Shown here: positions 38,843 through 48,328 of the stretch, in pieces
How positions within the stretch are numbered: position 1 is the first letter of the stretch
Layout of the letters: each line of letters begins with the position of its first letter
DNA from: Candidatus Schekmanbacteria bacterium
GTDB lineage: Bacteria; SZUA-182
NCBI GenBank assembly: GCA_016235675.1
Contig: JACRJN010000131.1
Coordinates: 1,779-65,778 of the forward strand
Reading direction: 5' to 3'
Length of the DNA: 64,000 bases
Made by a program: the position numbers and the translations under genes
Notes under the pieces: generated by a model
The model's database searches: none
What the model saw: the letters and a program-made list of their open reading frames with translations, nothing else
What the model was told of the DNA's origin: nothing

Positions 38843-40157
38843 ATTTCTTTAATTCTTGATTCAACACACCGGCCAATAAATGGGTTAAATTCCGGCTGTT
38901 GAATTTTTTCCACAATACACTCGGTTGTTCTTTCAATGTTCCATTAATATATTGGAGATAAAATTCCTTGATTGCCTCTTTGATCTGAAGAATATCCTCC
39001 GGATCGACAACCTTTCCGGAAACATTTTCCGACGAAAACAAATCGGCTAAAGCCCCTGGCTCAGCCAGCGCCAATATCGGCTTGCCCGCCGCAAAATATT
39101 CAAATGTTTTAGAGGGAATCTGACAACATCCCAGATAAATATTGGTCAACAAAAGCAAATGGGCTGAATTCATTAATTCTAAAGCTTTTTTATGCTCTAC
39201 CTGCTTTTTCCAGGTTACCAGCTTGCCTAAACCCGACTTTTCAATCAAATCAAAGTATTTATGAAAACCGCTACCCGCAAAAACCAGTTGAATCTTGTCC
39301 TCTAACGTTTTGTCTTCGTTGAGTAATTCCCTTAGTGCAAAAAAGAAATTCGACGGATTGCGGGCGGAATAAAAAGACCCGGTAAAAACTATAGTAAATT
39401 TTTCATAGTGTTGTTTGCTTAATTTAGAAAAATCGGCCTCATCGAATCCGTTATTGATGACGATTACTTTATTTTCCTGAATGTTATGATTTAAAACCAG
39501 TTGTTTCTTTAAAGTTTCGGTGTTAGCGATAACGACATCTGCATTTAAAACCGCCGATTTTTCACAAATCCAGGCCACTTTGTTCAACCAGGGATGACTC
39601 CACATGTTATTATAATCACTAGCCCATGGGTCTCTGAAATCCACCACCAGCGGCTTGCCGCTGATTTTCTTCAACCACACCGCGGTAATAAAGGTGGAAA
39701 AAGGCCCGCCCGTTGCGTAAATAGCGTCGATTTTTTGAGTATAAATCAAATATAGTCCGGCAATAAAGGCAAAAGGAATCCAGCCGACCGCCTCATCAGG
39801 CGTTCTTAATAAATCCGCCGGAATCTTTTTCCAGGAGACTTTGCTTTTGGGGGCCGGATTCTTTCCGCCTTTAATCCCGTCACCGTCCGGCGATTTTTTA
39901 ACAATCTTTCTGACGGCTTTAATTATCTGCGAGTAACGACTATAAAAAAGCCAGGCCGGGGTTCGGTAAATTTTTGCCACCGGGGGCACTTCATTGACTA
40001 AATTGTTATCGATAATCTCATATTTTTTCTCATCCAGCGTCAGAATTATCGGCTGCCAGCCTTCATCAGGCAGGTATTTACTAAAACGCAAAGTTCTATA
40101 TGTGCCCGTTCTGGCAGACGGGGGATAGGCATAGGCCAGCATCAGTAGTTTTTTCAT
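38826..40157 (-). CDS. glycosyltransferase family 4
   Basis: GT-B fold. The start is placed at MKKLLMLAYAYPP. Confidence 0.7.
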   Translation of the reverse strand: MKKLLMLAYAYPPSARTGTYRTLRFSKYLPDEGWQPIILTLDEKKYEIIDNNLVNEVPPVAKIYRTPAWLFYSRYSQIIKAVRKIVKKSPDGDGIKGGKNPAPKSKVSWKKIPADLLRTPDEAVGWIPFAFIAGLYLIYTQKIDAIYATGGPFSTFITAVWLKKISGKPLVVDFRDPWASDYNNMWSHPWLNKVAWICEKSAVLNADVVIANTETLKKQLVLNHNIQENKVIVINNGFDEADFSKLSKQHYEKFTIVFTGSFYSARNPSNFFFALRELLNEDKTLEDKIQLVFAGSGFHKYFDLIEKSGLGKLVTWKKQVEHKKALELMNSAHLLLLTNIYLGCCQIPSKTFEYFAAGKPILALAEPGALADLFSSENVSGKVVDPEDILQIKEAIKEFYLQYINGTLKEQPSVLWKKFNSRNLTHLLAGVLNQELKKYVFQN

Positions 40158-40177
40158 ATCCGTTTTCCCCATATTAT

Positions 40178-40957
40178 TCAGCCTGAGCATTTCAGGTAAA
40201 GCACCCCGATCCAGCTTTTTTGTTTTAAAGGAATCTTTTTTAGAAGCTTCTCAAAAGCCCCGCAAATCATAGTTACTATATTTCTTTGGGTATAAGGAAA
40301 TTCCGTGTTGCCGCAGCGCAGGCAAACCGTATGTTCTTCGGCCTTAAACCAGCGGTTTCCTAATTTTTGTTTGATAATTAAGATTAAATTACTTTTATAT
40401 TCCCTGTTTTCGCCGAAAAAGGCGTATTTAATCGGTTTATACCCGGAAAATAGGTTTTCCAGATCTTTCGTGCCCTTAAAATCACGGATATGCTGCCAGA
40501 CATGAAAGATATTAGCGCATTTTTCGCACTTGATAAAGCCGCTTCTTAAGTTTTGCCGGTATGGTACGGTGACCAGGATGTATTTTTTACTGACATTTTG
40601 AACGTTTCTTACCGTCTCATAAAAGAAATCATCCGTTAAATGCTCTAAAACCTCAGTCAGCATCACTAAATCGAAGCTATTTTCCTTGAAGGCTAATTTT
40701 TTGATTTCCGTGCAGGTTTTAGCGGCTTTTAATTTTTTTAAGGGATGGAAAATAAAATCCGCGCCTACCACCCAATAATCGGAGGCCAATAAATTGGCAA
40801 TCCGCCCATCGCCGCAACCGATGTCTAAAATTGTTTTCACATCTTCCGGGATTAGATTTATGGTGGAACAAATCCGGTCGTGTTCTTTTTCCGTTAAGGA
40901 TTCGTCAGTTTTGTCGAAGATATTTGTATAATATTCTTTTAGGTAAGATGCTTCCAT
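40178..40957 (-). CDS. class I SAM-dependent methyltransferase
   Basis: ILDIGCGDGR motif I and LTEVLEHL motif. Confidence 0.75.
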   Translation of the reverse strand: MEASYLKEYYTNIFDKTDESLTEKEHDRICSTINLIPEDVKTILDIGCGDGRIANLLASDYWVVGADFIFHPLKKLKAAKTCTEIKKLAFKENSFDLVMLTEVLEHLTDDFFYETVRNVQNVSKKYILVTVPYRQNLRSGFIKCEKCANIFHVWQHIRDFKGTKDLENLFSGYKPIKYAFFGENREYKSNLILIIKQKLGNRWFKAEEHTVCLRCGNTEFPYTQRNIVTMICGAFEKLLKKIPLKQKSWIGVLYLKCSG

Positions 40958-41098
40958 ATATTCTTTAAAACTCTAAGAAAGGTAAAAGCGTCATTGCGCG
41001 CGAAAGCGAAGCAATCTTCGTTCGTGCGTCTGAGATTGCTTCGGCAATAAAGCCGCCTCGCAATGACATTTGCATTATCCATTGTCAATTGTCCATTA

Positions 41099-41731
41099 TC
41101 AAGGCAGCCAGGGGTCGAGCGCCGGAAGCAATCCCTGGATAAAATCCTCCAGATCAGCCTGGGAGTCGGCGGAGACCCGCACCAAACCGCTGGCGCAATA
41201 GCCGTTGACCAGGCTGGAGCAGATATTGGCCGTCATCTGGCTGAATCTGTCGGTCATTTGCTTTTTGCCCTGGGCAAACCACCAATAGAGAACGGTCGAC
41301 CTTCCCTGGTCAATTTTTTCCACTTCCAGTTTGTTGACCGCTATCCCGGCTTGGGCCAGCTTAACTACTTGCGTATTCAATCCGTCAGCCTTAACAATCG
41401 ACCAGCCTTGCGAGGTGTAGCAAGTCTGCACATCATGGGCGCCCCAGCGGTCGTTTTCATGAAATACCACCACTAACAGTATGCGTGCGCCGGATTCATT
41501 GCCGTATTCCCGGAAGATCAGGGCTTGCGGGCCAAGCGCAGAAAAGCTTTTCTCATCCATCGCGATGTCGGAAATATAGCGCCAGCCGCCGATTTGCCTG
41601 GGGAAGCTTTGGATTTTCTGCGCAAACGCCACCGAGCCGAATTCCCCCTGGCGGGGCTGGTTAAAAAATTCCAGATAGATACAAACGGGGATAAGTAAAG
41701 CGATTATAATCAGGAGGCGCTTATTTGGCAT
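41099..41731 (-). CDS. exosortase-associated EpsI family protein
   Basis: About 210 aa with an N-terminal TM helix and a periplasmic domain. It lies immediately downstream of exosortase, the typical EpsH-EpsI arrangement. The start is moved to MPNKRLL. Confidence 0.55.
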   Translation of the reverse strand: MPNKRLLIIIALLIPVCIYLEFFNQPRQGEFGSVAFAQKIQSFPRQIGGWRYISDIAMDEKSFSALGPQALIFREYGNESGARILLVVVFHENDRWGAHDVQTCYTSQGWSIVKADGLNTQVVKLAQAGIAVNKLEVEKIDQGRSTVLYWWFAQGKKQMTDRFSQMTANICSSLVNGYCASGLVRVSADSQADLEDFIQGLLPALDPWLP

Positions 41732-42540
41732 TTCATGAGCCTTCCTATAAATAGTAAGCCGACGGCGGTCATGGCTACGATGATCAAACTGATCGCGGTT
41801 TCCCAATTAGTATTGGAAACGCTGATTCCCCAATAGTTGAGCAATAATATCGCGGTAATGATTCTGATACTGTTTCCCAGGATTACCAAGGGAATGGTAA
41901 AGGAAAAAAGTAACATTTTTTTAAAGCCGGTTCCCTGGGCTAAATAGGCGAAAACGGTTCCCATCATTAGAAAGGTAAACAGGGAGCGGATACCGCTGCA
42001 CGGGTCGGCTACTTCCAAAGCGCCCCTGCCGGTAGTGAGGATCACCCCTTCCCGGTAGACGGGGATTCCCAGACTCTGCACGATTTGCGCCGATAAGTAG
42101 CTGGACAACAGTTTCAGCCGGTAACTTACCGGGTCGATCAGGAATTGGGAGACCGGGATCATAAACAATAAAAACAGCAGGGGGAATAAAACCTCTTTGG
42201 TCGCATCAATGCCCCATTGGTATAAGCTTATCCCGATTAGCAAACCGATCAGGGAATAGGCGGTGATGAAATTTACCCCCATCCTCCTTCCGGCCAGCAG
42301 AATCAGCAGTGCGCCGAGGATGATAAACAAACCCAGGCTGGATGAACTTTGGGGGAATTGTTTCAGCTTGCCCTTCTTTTTCCAGATAATCCAGCCGCAG
42401 ATCAGCGGTACGGCGAATCCATGGGAGTAATCTGGATTTTCCCGCCAGCTTGCGATCAGCCAGACCAATATTGGCCGGTAGATGAGGATGATTAGGCCGG
42501 CGATGGTTATGTAGAGTATGTTTTTGTATGTGTTTTTCAT
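41710..42540 (-). CDS. exosortase (EpsH/XrtA-like)
   Basis: 276 aa polytopic membrane protein with the exosortase N-terminal signature ...W.ENPDYSHGFAVPL... and a conserved Cys/Arg region. Confidence 0.85.
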   Translation of the reverse strand: MKNTYKNILYITIAGLIILIYRPILVWLIASWRENPDYSHGFAVPLICGWIIWKKKGKLKQFPQSSSSLGLFIILGALLILLAGRRMGVNFITAYSLIGLLIGISLYQWGIDATKEVLFPLLFLLFMIPVSQFLIDPVSYRLKLLSSYLSAQIVQSLGIPVYREGVILTTGRGALEVADPCSGIRSLFTFLMMGTVFAYLAQGTGFKKMLLFSFTIPLVILGNSIRIITAILLLNYWGISVSNTNWETAISLIIVAMTAVGLLFIGRLMKCQISAS

Positions 42541-42544
42541 TTTT

Positions 42545-42688
42545 GTTGTCAGTTGTCAGTTGTCGGTTTTAATTCTTTAACTGACAACCGACAACTGACA
42601 ACTTTTTTTCATCACCAGCCGTAGTCCCAGCCCTTTAGGGCTGAATTTCCGGGGCTAAAGCCCCGGCACTACGGCTACGGCTACGGCT
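42545..42688. repeat. family-I palindrome (GTTGTCAGTTGTCGG...CCGACAACTGACAAC) followed by a family-B REP
   Basis: I-like copies at 41075..41100, 52935..52993, 55307..55383 and 61507..61548. Confidence 0.75.
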
Positions 42689-42705
42689 GACAATCGCCTG
42701 TACCG

Positions 42706-43446
42706 TCAGCCGCTTTTCTTCTCCATCACCAGCTTAAAAGCGCTTCTGGTAAAAAATGCACCATACCGGTTGGCTAAAATCTTTTCAAAGCTTTTTAATT
42801 TCGCCGGAACCAACCAATCTACCCGCGGGTTAGTGTAGCCGCATTGCTTCAGCAGTTCGATCCAAAGATCGGGCGTTTGATGCTTATGCCATTCAATCGT
42901 AGAGGATAGAGGGTTTTTCATTCCCAGTGTGTCGAAGAAATTATAGGGAGAACAGTCCAGGATTACAATTTTCCCGCCATTTTTGGTAATGCCGCTTAAT
43001 TTAGTGAAGATGGACAGGTATTTTTCCCGCGCCGCCCGGCTGGTTCTTAATCCGACACAGGCTTTCTCATCTAAATGATTGATGGAACTGTGCGATAAAA
43101 TCAGATCGAACGAAAGCCCGTTGGGTGCAAATTCCTGCAAGGTTTGCGGATAGCAAACGATATTCGCTAATTTAAGGGCCGCGGCCATTTTGTTGAATAC
43201 CGCGGCGGAACTGCTGCTGCTCCCGGCCTCTTCCGGCTCAAGACCGATGACCTGCGCCGCTCCCCGGCAGGCACTGTAAATGCTCATCAATCCCGTCCCG
43301 CAACCGATGTCCAGGATGTTTTTGTCTGCAAGATCGACGCCGTCTAAAAAGCGGTCGATATACCCTTGCGCCAAAGCCGGTGTTTTAAATCCGATTTCCT
43401 GCACCGCTAAAGATAAAAAATGATCTGTTAATGTTTGGCTGGTCAA
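42706..43446 (-). CDS. class I SAM-dependent methyltransferase
   Basis: ILDIGCGTG motif I. 246 aa. Confidence 0.7.
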   Translation of the reverse strand: MTSQTLTDHFLSLAVQEIGFKTPALAQGYIDRFLDGVDLADKNILDIGCGTGLMSIYSACRGAAQVIGLEPEEAGSSSSSAAVFNKMAAALKLANIVCYPQTLQEFAPNGLSFDLILSHSSINHLDEKACVGLRTSRAAREKYLSIFTKLSGITKNGGKIVILDCSPYNFFDTLGMKNPLSSTIEWHKHQTPDLWIELLKQCGYTNPRVDWLVPAKLKSFEKILANRYGAFFTRSAFKLVMEKKSG

Positions 43447-43586
43447 TGTTTTCTCAAATTAAAAGCCGGGCAAAATGTAGCGTTGGGGTTTATCCCCAAC
43501 ATTGCGGACGCAGGAGATACCCCTACGTAAAAAGCGGGGGATAAACCCCCGCGCTACTTTAAAAAATCTTGGTGTGAATTATTTCC

Positions 43587-45500
43587 TCAATTATGCACAG
43601 GCGGATGAAACTCCGGCACTACCTCTTGCAGCTTTTTGATAATCCCCTCGAATTCCATTTTCAAAGATAACACCTGCAATTCTTTAATGTTTTTATACAA
43701 TGAAGTATTATACCTTGTTCCGTTCGGACATACCATCCAAATTTTATTTTGGTTAGTTTTAAGTACGTCCTCTTTTTTCATCGCCAATTCTTCATAAAGT
43801 TTTTCGCCGGGGCGCAGCCCGATGAAATCGATTGCAATATCCTTGCCCGGCTCGAATCCGGCCAGACGGATGGTCTCCTTGGCTAAATCGACGATTTTGA
43901 CCGGCTCTCCCATATCCAGGATGAAAATTTCTCCACCCTTGCCCATCGCACCCGCTTGTATCACCAATTGCGCCGCTTCCGGAATAGTCATGAAAAACCT
44001 GGTGATCTCCGGATGAGTGATGGTAATCGGGCCACCTCTGGCGATTTGCTCTTTGAAAAGCGGGATCACGCTGCCCCGACTGCCCAACACATTGCCGAAC
44101 CGTACCGCCGCGCAAATAGTTTTTTGATTGGGGCGGGACTGCACCAGCAATTCCGTAATCCGCTTGCAACAACCCATAACGCTGGAAGGATTGACCGCCT
44201 TATCCGAAGAAATGCAAACCACCCTCTCCGTCTCGAACTCTTCCGCTATTTCCAGTAAATTCAGGGTGCCGACAATGTTATTCAAAACCGCCTCGTCCGG
44301 ATTGCTCTCCATCAGGGGAACATGTTTATCCGCACCGGCATGAAAAATCACCTGCGGGCGGTATAATTTAAAAACACCCTCCAGCTTGCGTTTATTGATC
44401 ACATCGCCGATTACCTCTTTAAGCTCATATCCGTTGCGCCTGGAATTGCGCAATTCGTTGGCGATACAAAAAATACTGTGCTCACCCCTTCCGAAAAGTA
44501 TCAATTGGCTGGGATGAAATTTCAGGATGTTCCGGCATAGCTCCGAACCTATGGAACCGCCGGCGCCGGTCACTAATACACGTTTACCGGTCAAATAAGG
44601 TAACTGCTCATTGAAATCGAATTCGACCCCTTCCCGGCCTAAAAGGTCTTCCACCTGCACGCCTCTTAAATTATTTATTTCTTTCCCCCTTAAGATTTCC
44701 TCAAGCTGCGGCACCAGCCTGATTTTGCTATACAAAGCCGGATCGGTTTTATCCATCAACTCCCGCAGCTTTTTGCCTTGGAGGGACGGAATAGAGATAA
44801 TAATTTCCTCGATCTTTTTATCCTTTACAATTTTAGCTAAATCCTTGATCGCCCCTAAAACCTCGATGCCGTGGATTCTTAAACCCCGTTTAGCGGGGTC
44901 ATCATCAATAAAACCAATTATGTTATACTTTTGATTTAATTTTTCCCGATTCGTAATCCCCCGCAGCGTCATTTCCCCTAAATCGCCCGCTCCCAATATC
45001 AGCGCCCGTTTTTGCGATTCACCGTAACATGATAAATTATTATGCCCCTCGAAACGGATAGTCTTAATCAGGCTATGATATATTCTGTGGTAAAACCTCA
45101 TAGAACCAATGACAAACATATTTAACAACCAATCGACCACAAAAACCGAACGCGGATACCCTACCGGGTAATGCAGATTAAAATATAACAAGACACTCAA
45201 AGCGATACATAACGAGCTAAAAGAAACGGCTTTGACCAAGGTTATTAAATCATCTATTCCGGCATATTTATAAATTGATTTATAGGTGCCGAAATAAAGC
45301 AGGCTAAAAATTCTGACGACAACGGTTACAATCAGGGAATGAAGGAACAAGGTATAATATTTTGCGGGAATATTCCCATCGAAACGCAGGATAAAGGCCA
45401 GATAATAAGAGCAGATTATAACAATAAAATCAAGAAAACATAATAACATCCTTCTCTTGTTTCTCAGGCTTCTCAATTTTAAAAGCATATTTTGAGACAT
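43587..45500 (-). CDS. membrane-bound UDP-sugar 4,6-dehydratase (CapD/PglF/WbpM family)
   Basis: 637 aa with four N-terminal TM helices and two Rossmann domains (LITGAGDLG; VLVTGAGGSIGSEL). Confidence 0.9.
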   Translation of the reverse strand: MSQNMLLKLRSLRNKRRMLLCFLDFIVIICSYYLAFILRFDGNIPAKYYTLFLHSLIVTVVVRIFSLLYFGTYKSIYKYAGIDDLITLVKAVSFSSLCIALSVLLYFNLHYPVGYPRSVFVVDWLLNMFVIGSMRFYHRIYHSLIKTIRFEGHNNLSCYGESQKRALILGAGDLGEMTLRGITNREKLNQKYNIIGFIDDDPAKRGLRIHGIEVLGAIKDLAKIVKDKKIEEIIISIPSLQGKKLRELMDKTDPALYSKIRLVPQLEEILRGKEINNLRGVQVEDLLGREGVEFDFNEQLPYLTGKRVLVTGAGGSIGSELCRNILKFHPSQLILFGRGEHSIFCIANELRNSRRNGYELKEVIGDVINKRKLEGVFKLYRPQVIFHAGADKHVPLMESNPDEAVLNNIVGTLNLLEIAEEFETERVVCISSDKAVNPSSVMGCCKRITELLVQSRPNQKTICAAVRFGNVLGSRGSVIPLFKEQIARGGPITITHPEITRFFMTIPEAAQLVIQAGAMGKGGEIFILDMGEPVKIVDLAKETIRLAGFEPGKDIAIDFIGLRPGEKLYEELAMKKEDVLKTNQNKIWMVCPNGTRYNTSLYKNIKELQVLSLKMEFEGIIKKLQEVVPEFHPPVHN

Positions 45501-45539
45501 AAATCGGTTACCTCTTTGATTTCATAAATCCCCCCCCTC

Positions 45540-45866
45540 TTTAAAATTGCGTTTTTAAGTTATGAAATCTCAATTAAATAATCCACGATGTTAAAGATAT
45601 TCAAATTCTATATGATGTTTATATATGTGTCAAGAAAAAAAGTAGTCATAACCAACAATTAGTGTAATTTTTTGGTTAATTCGGATATTATTATCATGTT
45701 ATAACTAATTATTATAGTAGTTTTATATAAACTATGTGCAGTAGTTATAATATATTTTATGACATATACTGACGAAAGATTATCTATACTCTGAATAAGG
45801 GATAGGCTATAATGTCTTTTAAAAGGTGCTCCTCTTTTATCCACTCGTTTATTTTGAGGATAAACA
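45540..45866. promoter_or_regulatory. AT-rich (about 25% GC) divergent promoter region
   Basis: A strong compositional drop between divergently transcribed capD-like and vapB-like genes. TATAAT-like hexamers are present. Confidence 0.35.
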
Positions 45867-46103
45867 ATGATTATTAAAAAAAATATTCAAAAGGAAACAT
45901 CGTTGGAATTGCCTTGGCATTTATTAGAAAAAGCCCATCTTAAGGGGAAAATAAATATTATTGTGGAAGAAAATGAAATCCTGATTAAAAAACAAACTAA
46001 AAAATCTAAGGTTGTCGATGAAATGATCGGTCTGGGAAAGGGTATTTTTAGTGAAAACTCGCTAACTCTTCAGAAAAAAATTCGGGAGGATTGGAAACTG
46101 TGA
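45867..46103 (+). CDS. AbrB/SpoVT-like antitoxin (VapB-like)
   Basis: 78 aa overlapping the downstream PIN gene by 13 nt. Low GC. Confidence 0.45.
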   Translation: MIIKKNIQKETSLELPWHLLEKAHLKGKINIIVEENEILIKKQTKKSKVVDEMIGLGKGIFSENSLTLQKKIREDWKL

Positions 46104-46531
46104 AAAGAATTGGTCTCGATACCAATATTTTTATGAGCGTTTTTTTGGAAGAAAAGGGGAAATTAGAAGCTTGCCTGGCGATTTTACAAAATATTCATGA
46201 CGGTATTCTGGAAGGGATTATCAGTGTAATTACATTAGTAGAAATAGCCGTACTTTTTTACCAAAAAAATGAATATCTAAAAGCTAAGAAAGCCTTATCC
46301 CTTATCAACTCTCTTTCAAATATTGCCATTATTGACATAACTCCACATTTGGCTTTAAAAATAGCTGCTATAAAAACTTCAGATAAATTATCTGTTGCGG
46401 ATGCAATTATTCTTGCCACAGCGGTACACGCATCTGCGGAAGCTTTTTTAACGTATGACCATGACTTTGCCAAAGTAAAAACCATCAGGTGCATTAAACC
46501 GGAAGATTATCTTCAAGAGATGAATATTTGA
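46091..46531 (+). CDS. PIN-domain ribonuclease toxin (VapC-like)
   Basis: Acidic PIN residues are in place (LDTNIF, ...E..., DAIILATA, TYDHDF). Confidence 0.75.
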   Translation: METVKRIGLDTNIFMSVFLEEKGKLEACLAILQNIHDGILEGIISVITLVEIAVLFYQKNEYLKAKKALSLINSLSNIAIIDITPHLALKIAAIKTSDKLSVADAIILATAVHASAEAFLTYDHDFAKVKTIRCIKPEDYLQEMNI

Positions 46532-46564
46532 TCGTTCATTTTATGCCCCTAAAGGACAAACACC

Positions 46565-48328
46565 TTGAAAAATTTCCTGCGCCTGAAAAAATACTTCTAC
46601 CAATACCGCAAGTCGATCTTGGCCGGGGTTATGTGTTTAGTCCTGACTAATCTGGTGAGTTTAACCGCTCCCTGGGTCTTGAAAACCGCCATCGATCAGT
46701 TGCGCCAGTCCCTTACCCATAAGCGTCTGTTCTATTATGCCGCCCTGATTTTGGGAATCAGCATCGTACAGGGAATTTTCCGCTATCTTACCCGCCAGAT
46801 ATTAATCGGCGCCTCCCGCCACATTGAATACCATTTCCGCAACGATATTACACTCCATTTGCAGAAATTGCCCTGGAGCTTTTTTATCAAACACAAGACC
46901 GGCGACATTCTCGCCCGCACCACTGAAGATTTGAATGCGGTACGCATGGCGATTGGCCCCGGCATCATGCACTTTTCCCATACTATTGTGTTGTTCTTCG
47001 TGGTGGCCGGATTGTTGTTCTACATCAATCCGGTCCTGGCTTTCTGGGCCTTGCTGCCGCTACCGGTTTTTTCCCTCTACATCAAAAAGAATACCAAGCG
47101 GGTTTATCAGTCCTTCATGTCGGTGCAGCAAAAACTGTCCGCCCTGACCTCCCATGTGCAGGAAAATTTCTCCGGCATCCGCATCATCCAGGCTTATCAG
47201 CGGGAAGAAGCATCCATCGAAACCTTTCAAAAGCTGGGGAGGGAATACATCCAGGGCAATATGGAACTGGCGCGTTACTGGGGGCTGCTGCTGCCGCTGA
47301 TGATGTTAATTTACGGTCTGGGGCAGATAATCGTACTTATGCTGGGAGGCCGTCAGATTATCCTGGGCCAATTGAGCTTAGGCGAGTTCGTCGCTTTCAA
47401 CGCCTATCTGGCCATGCTGCTTTTCCCGATGATGGCTTTAGGCTGGGTAATGAATCTCTTCCAGCGGGGAGCGGCGGCCATGGAGCGCATCTCGTTGATT
47501 CTGGATGAACCGGAACAAGAAAACCGGGGGCAATTATCGGAAACCCCCGCAAAAGGAGAAATAGAATTCCGCCACTTACATTTTTCCTACGAAACGCAAA
47601 ACAAAAAATGGGCATTGAAAAACATCAATCTGAAAATCCCCGCAGGAACGACATTAGGCATTGTCGGAGCGGTGGGAGCGGGCAAGACCACTTTAGTTAA
47701 TTTACTCCCCCGCTTACTGGAAATCAGTCAGGGGCAGATTTTAATCGACAACCAGGAGATTAGAAACATTCCCTTAAAGGCATTGCGCAGCCTGATTGGA
47801 TATGTCCCTCAGGAAGGCTTCCTCTTTTCCGCCTCCATCAAGGAAAACATCCTCTACGGCTTCGAATGCTTAATTGACAAATGCAACGAGGAAGAAAAAA
47901 TTATTGAGGCTGCGCAAATCTCCCAGATATGGGAGGAAATCCACACCTTACCGGAGCGTTTCGAAACAAAACTGGGGGAACGCGGAATCACCCTGTCCGG
48001 CGGCCAGCGTCAGCGCACGGCTTTGGCCCGCGCCCTGATTCGCGACCCTAAGATATTGATACTGGATGACTCCTTTGCCAGTGTCGATACCTATACGGAA
48101 AGGAAAATCCTGCAACACCTCAAACCATTTATGGCAGGCCGCACCTGTCTGATTATTTCGCACCGCATATCAACGGTGATGGACGCCGACCGGATAATTG
48201 TCCTGGATGAGGGGGAAATCGTTCAGCAGGGGCGGCATGAGGATTTAATCCGGAACCCGGATGGTTTTTACGCCAAAACCTATGCCAAACAATTATTATT
48301 GGATGAGATTACCAGGGGAAACAAATGA
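46565..48328 (+). CDS. ABC exporter fused permease/ATPase subunit
   Basis: Six-TM domain plus an NBD with Walker A (GAVGAGKTT), signature (LSGGQRQR) and Walker B motifs. TTG start. Confidence 0.9.
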   Translation: MKNFLRLKKYFYQYRKSILAGVMCLVLTNLVSLTAPWVLKTAIDQLRQSLTHKRLFYYAALILGISIVQGIFRYLTRQILIGASRHIEYHFRNDITLHLQKLPWSFFIKHKTGDILARTTEDLNAVRMAIGPGIMHFSHTIVLFFVVAGLLFYINPVLAFWALLPLPVFSLYIKKNTKRVYQSFMSVQQKLSALTSHVQENFSGIRIIQAYQREEASIETFQKLGREYIQGNMELARYWGLLLPLMMLIYGLGQIIVLMLGGRQIILGQLSLGEFVAFNAYLAMLLFPMMALGWVMNLFQRGAAAMERISLILDEPEQENRGQLSETPAKGEIEFRHLHFSYETQNKKWALKNINLKIPAGTTLGIVGAVGAGKTTLVNLLPRLLEISQGQILIDNQEIRNIPLKALRSLIGYVPQEGFLFSASIKENILYGFECLIDKCNEEEKIIEAAQISQIWEEIHTLPERFETKLGERGITLSGGQRQRTALARALIRDPKILILDDSFASVDTYTERKILQHLKPFMAGRTCLIISHRISTVMDADRIIVLDEGEIVQQGRHEDLIRNPDGFYAKTYAKQLLLDEITRGNK

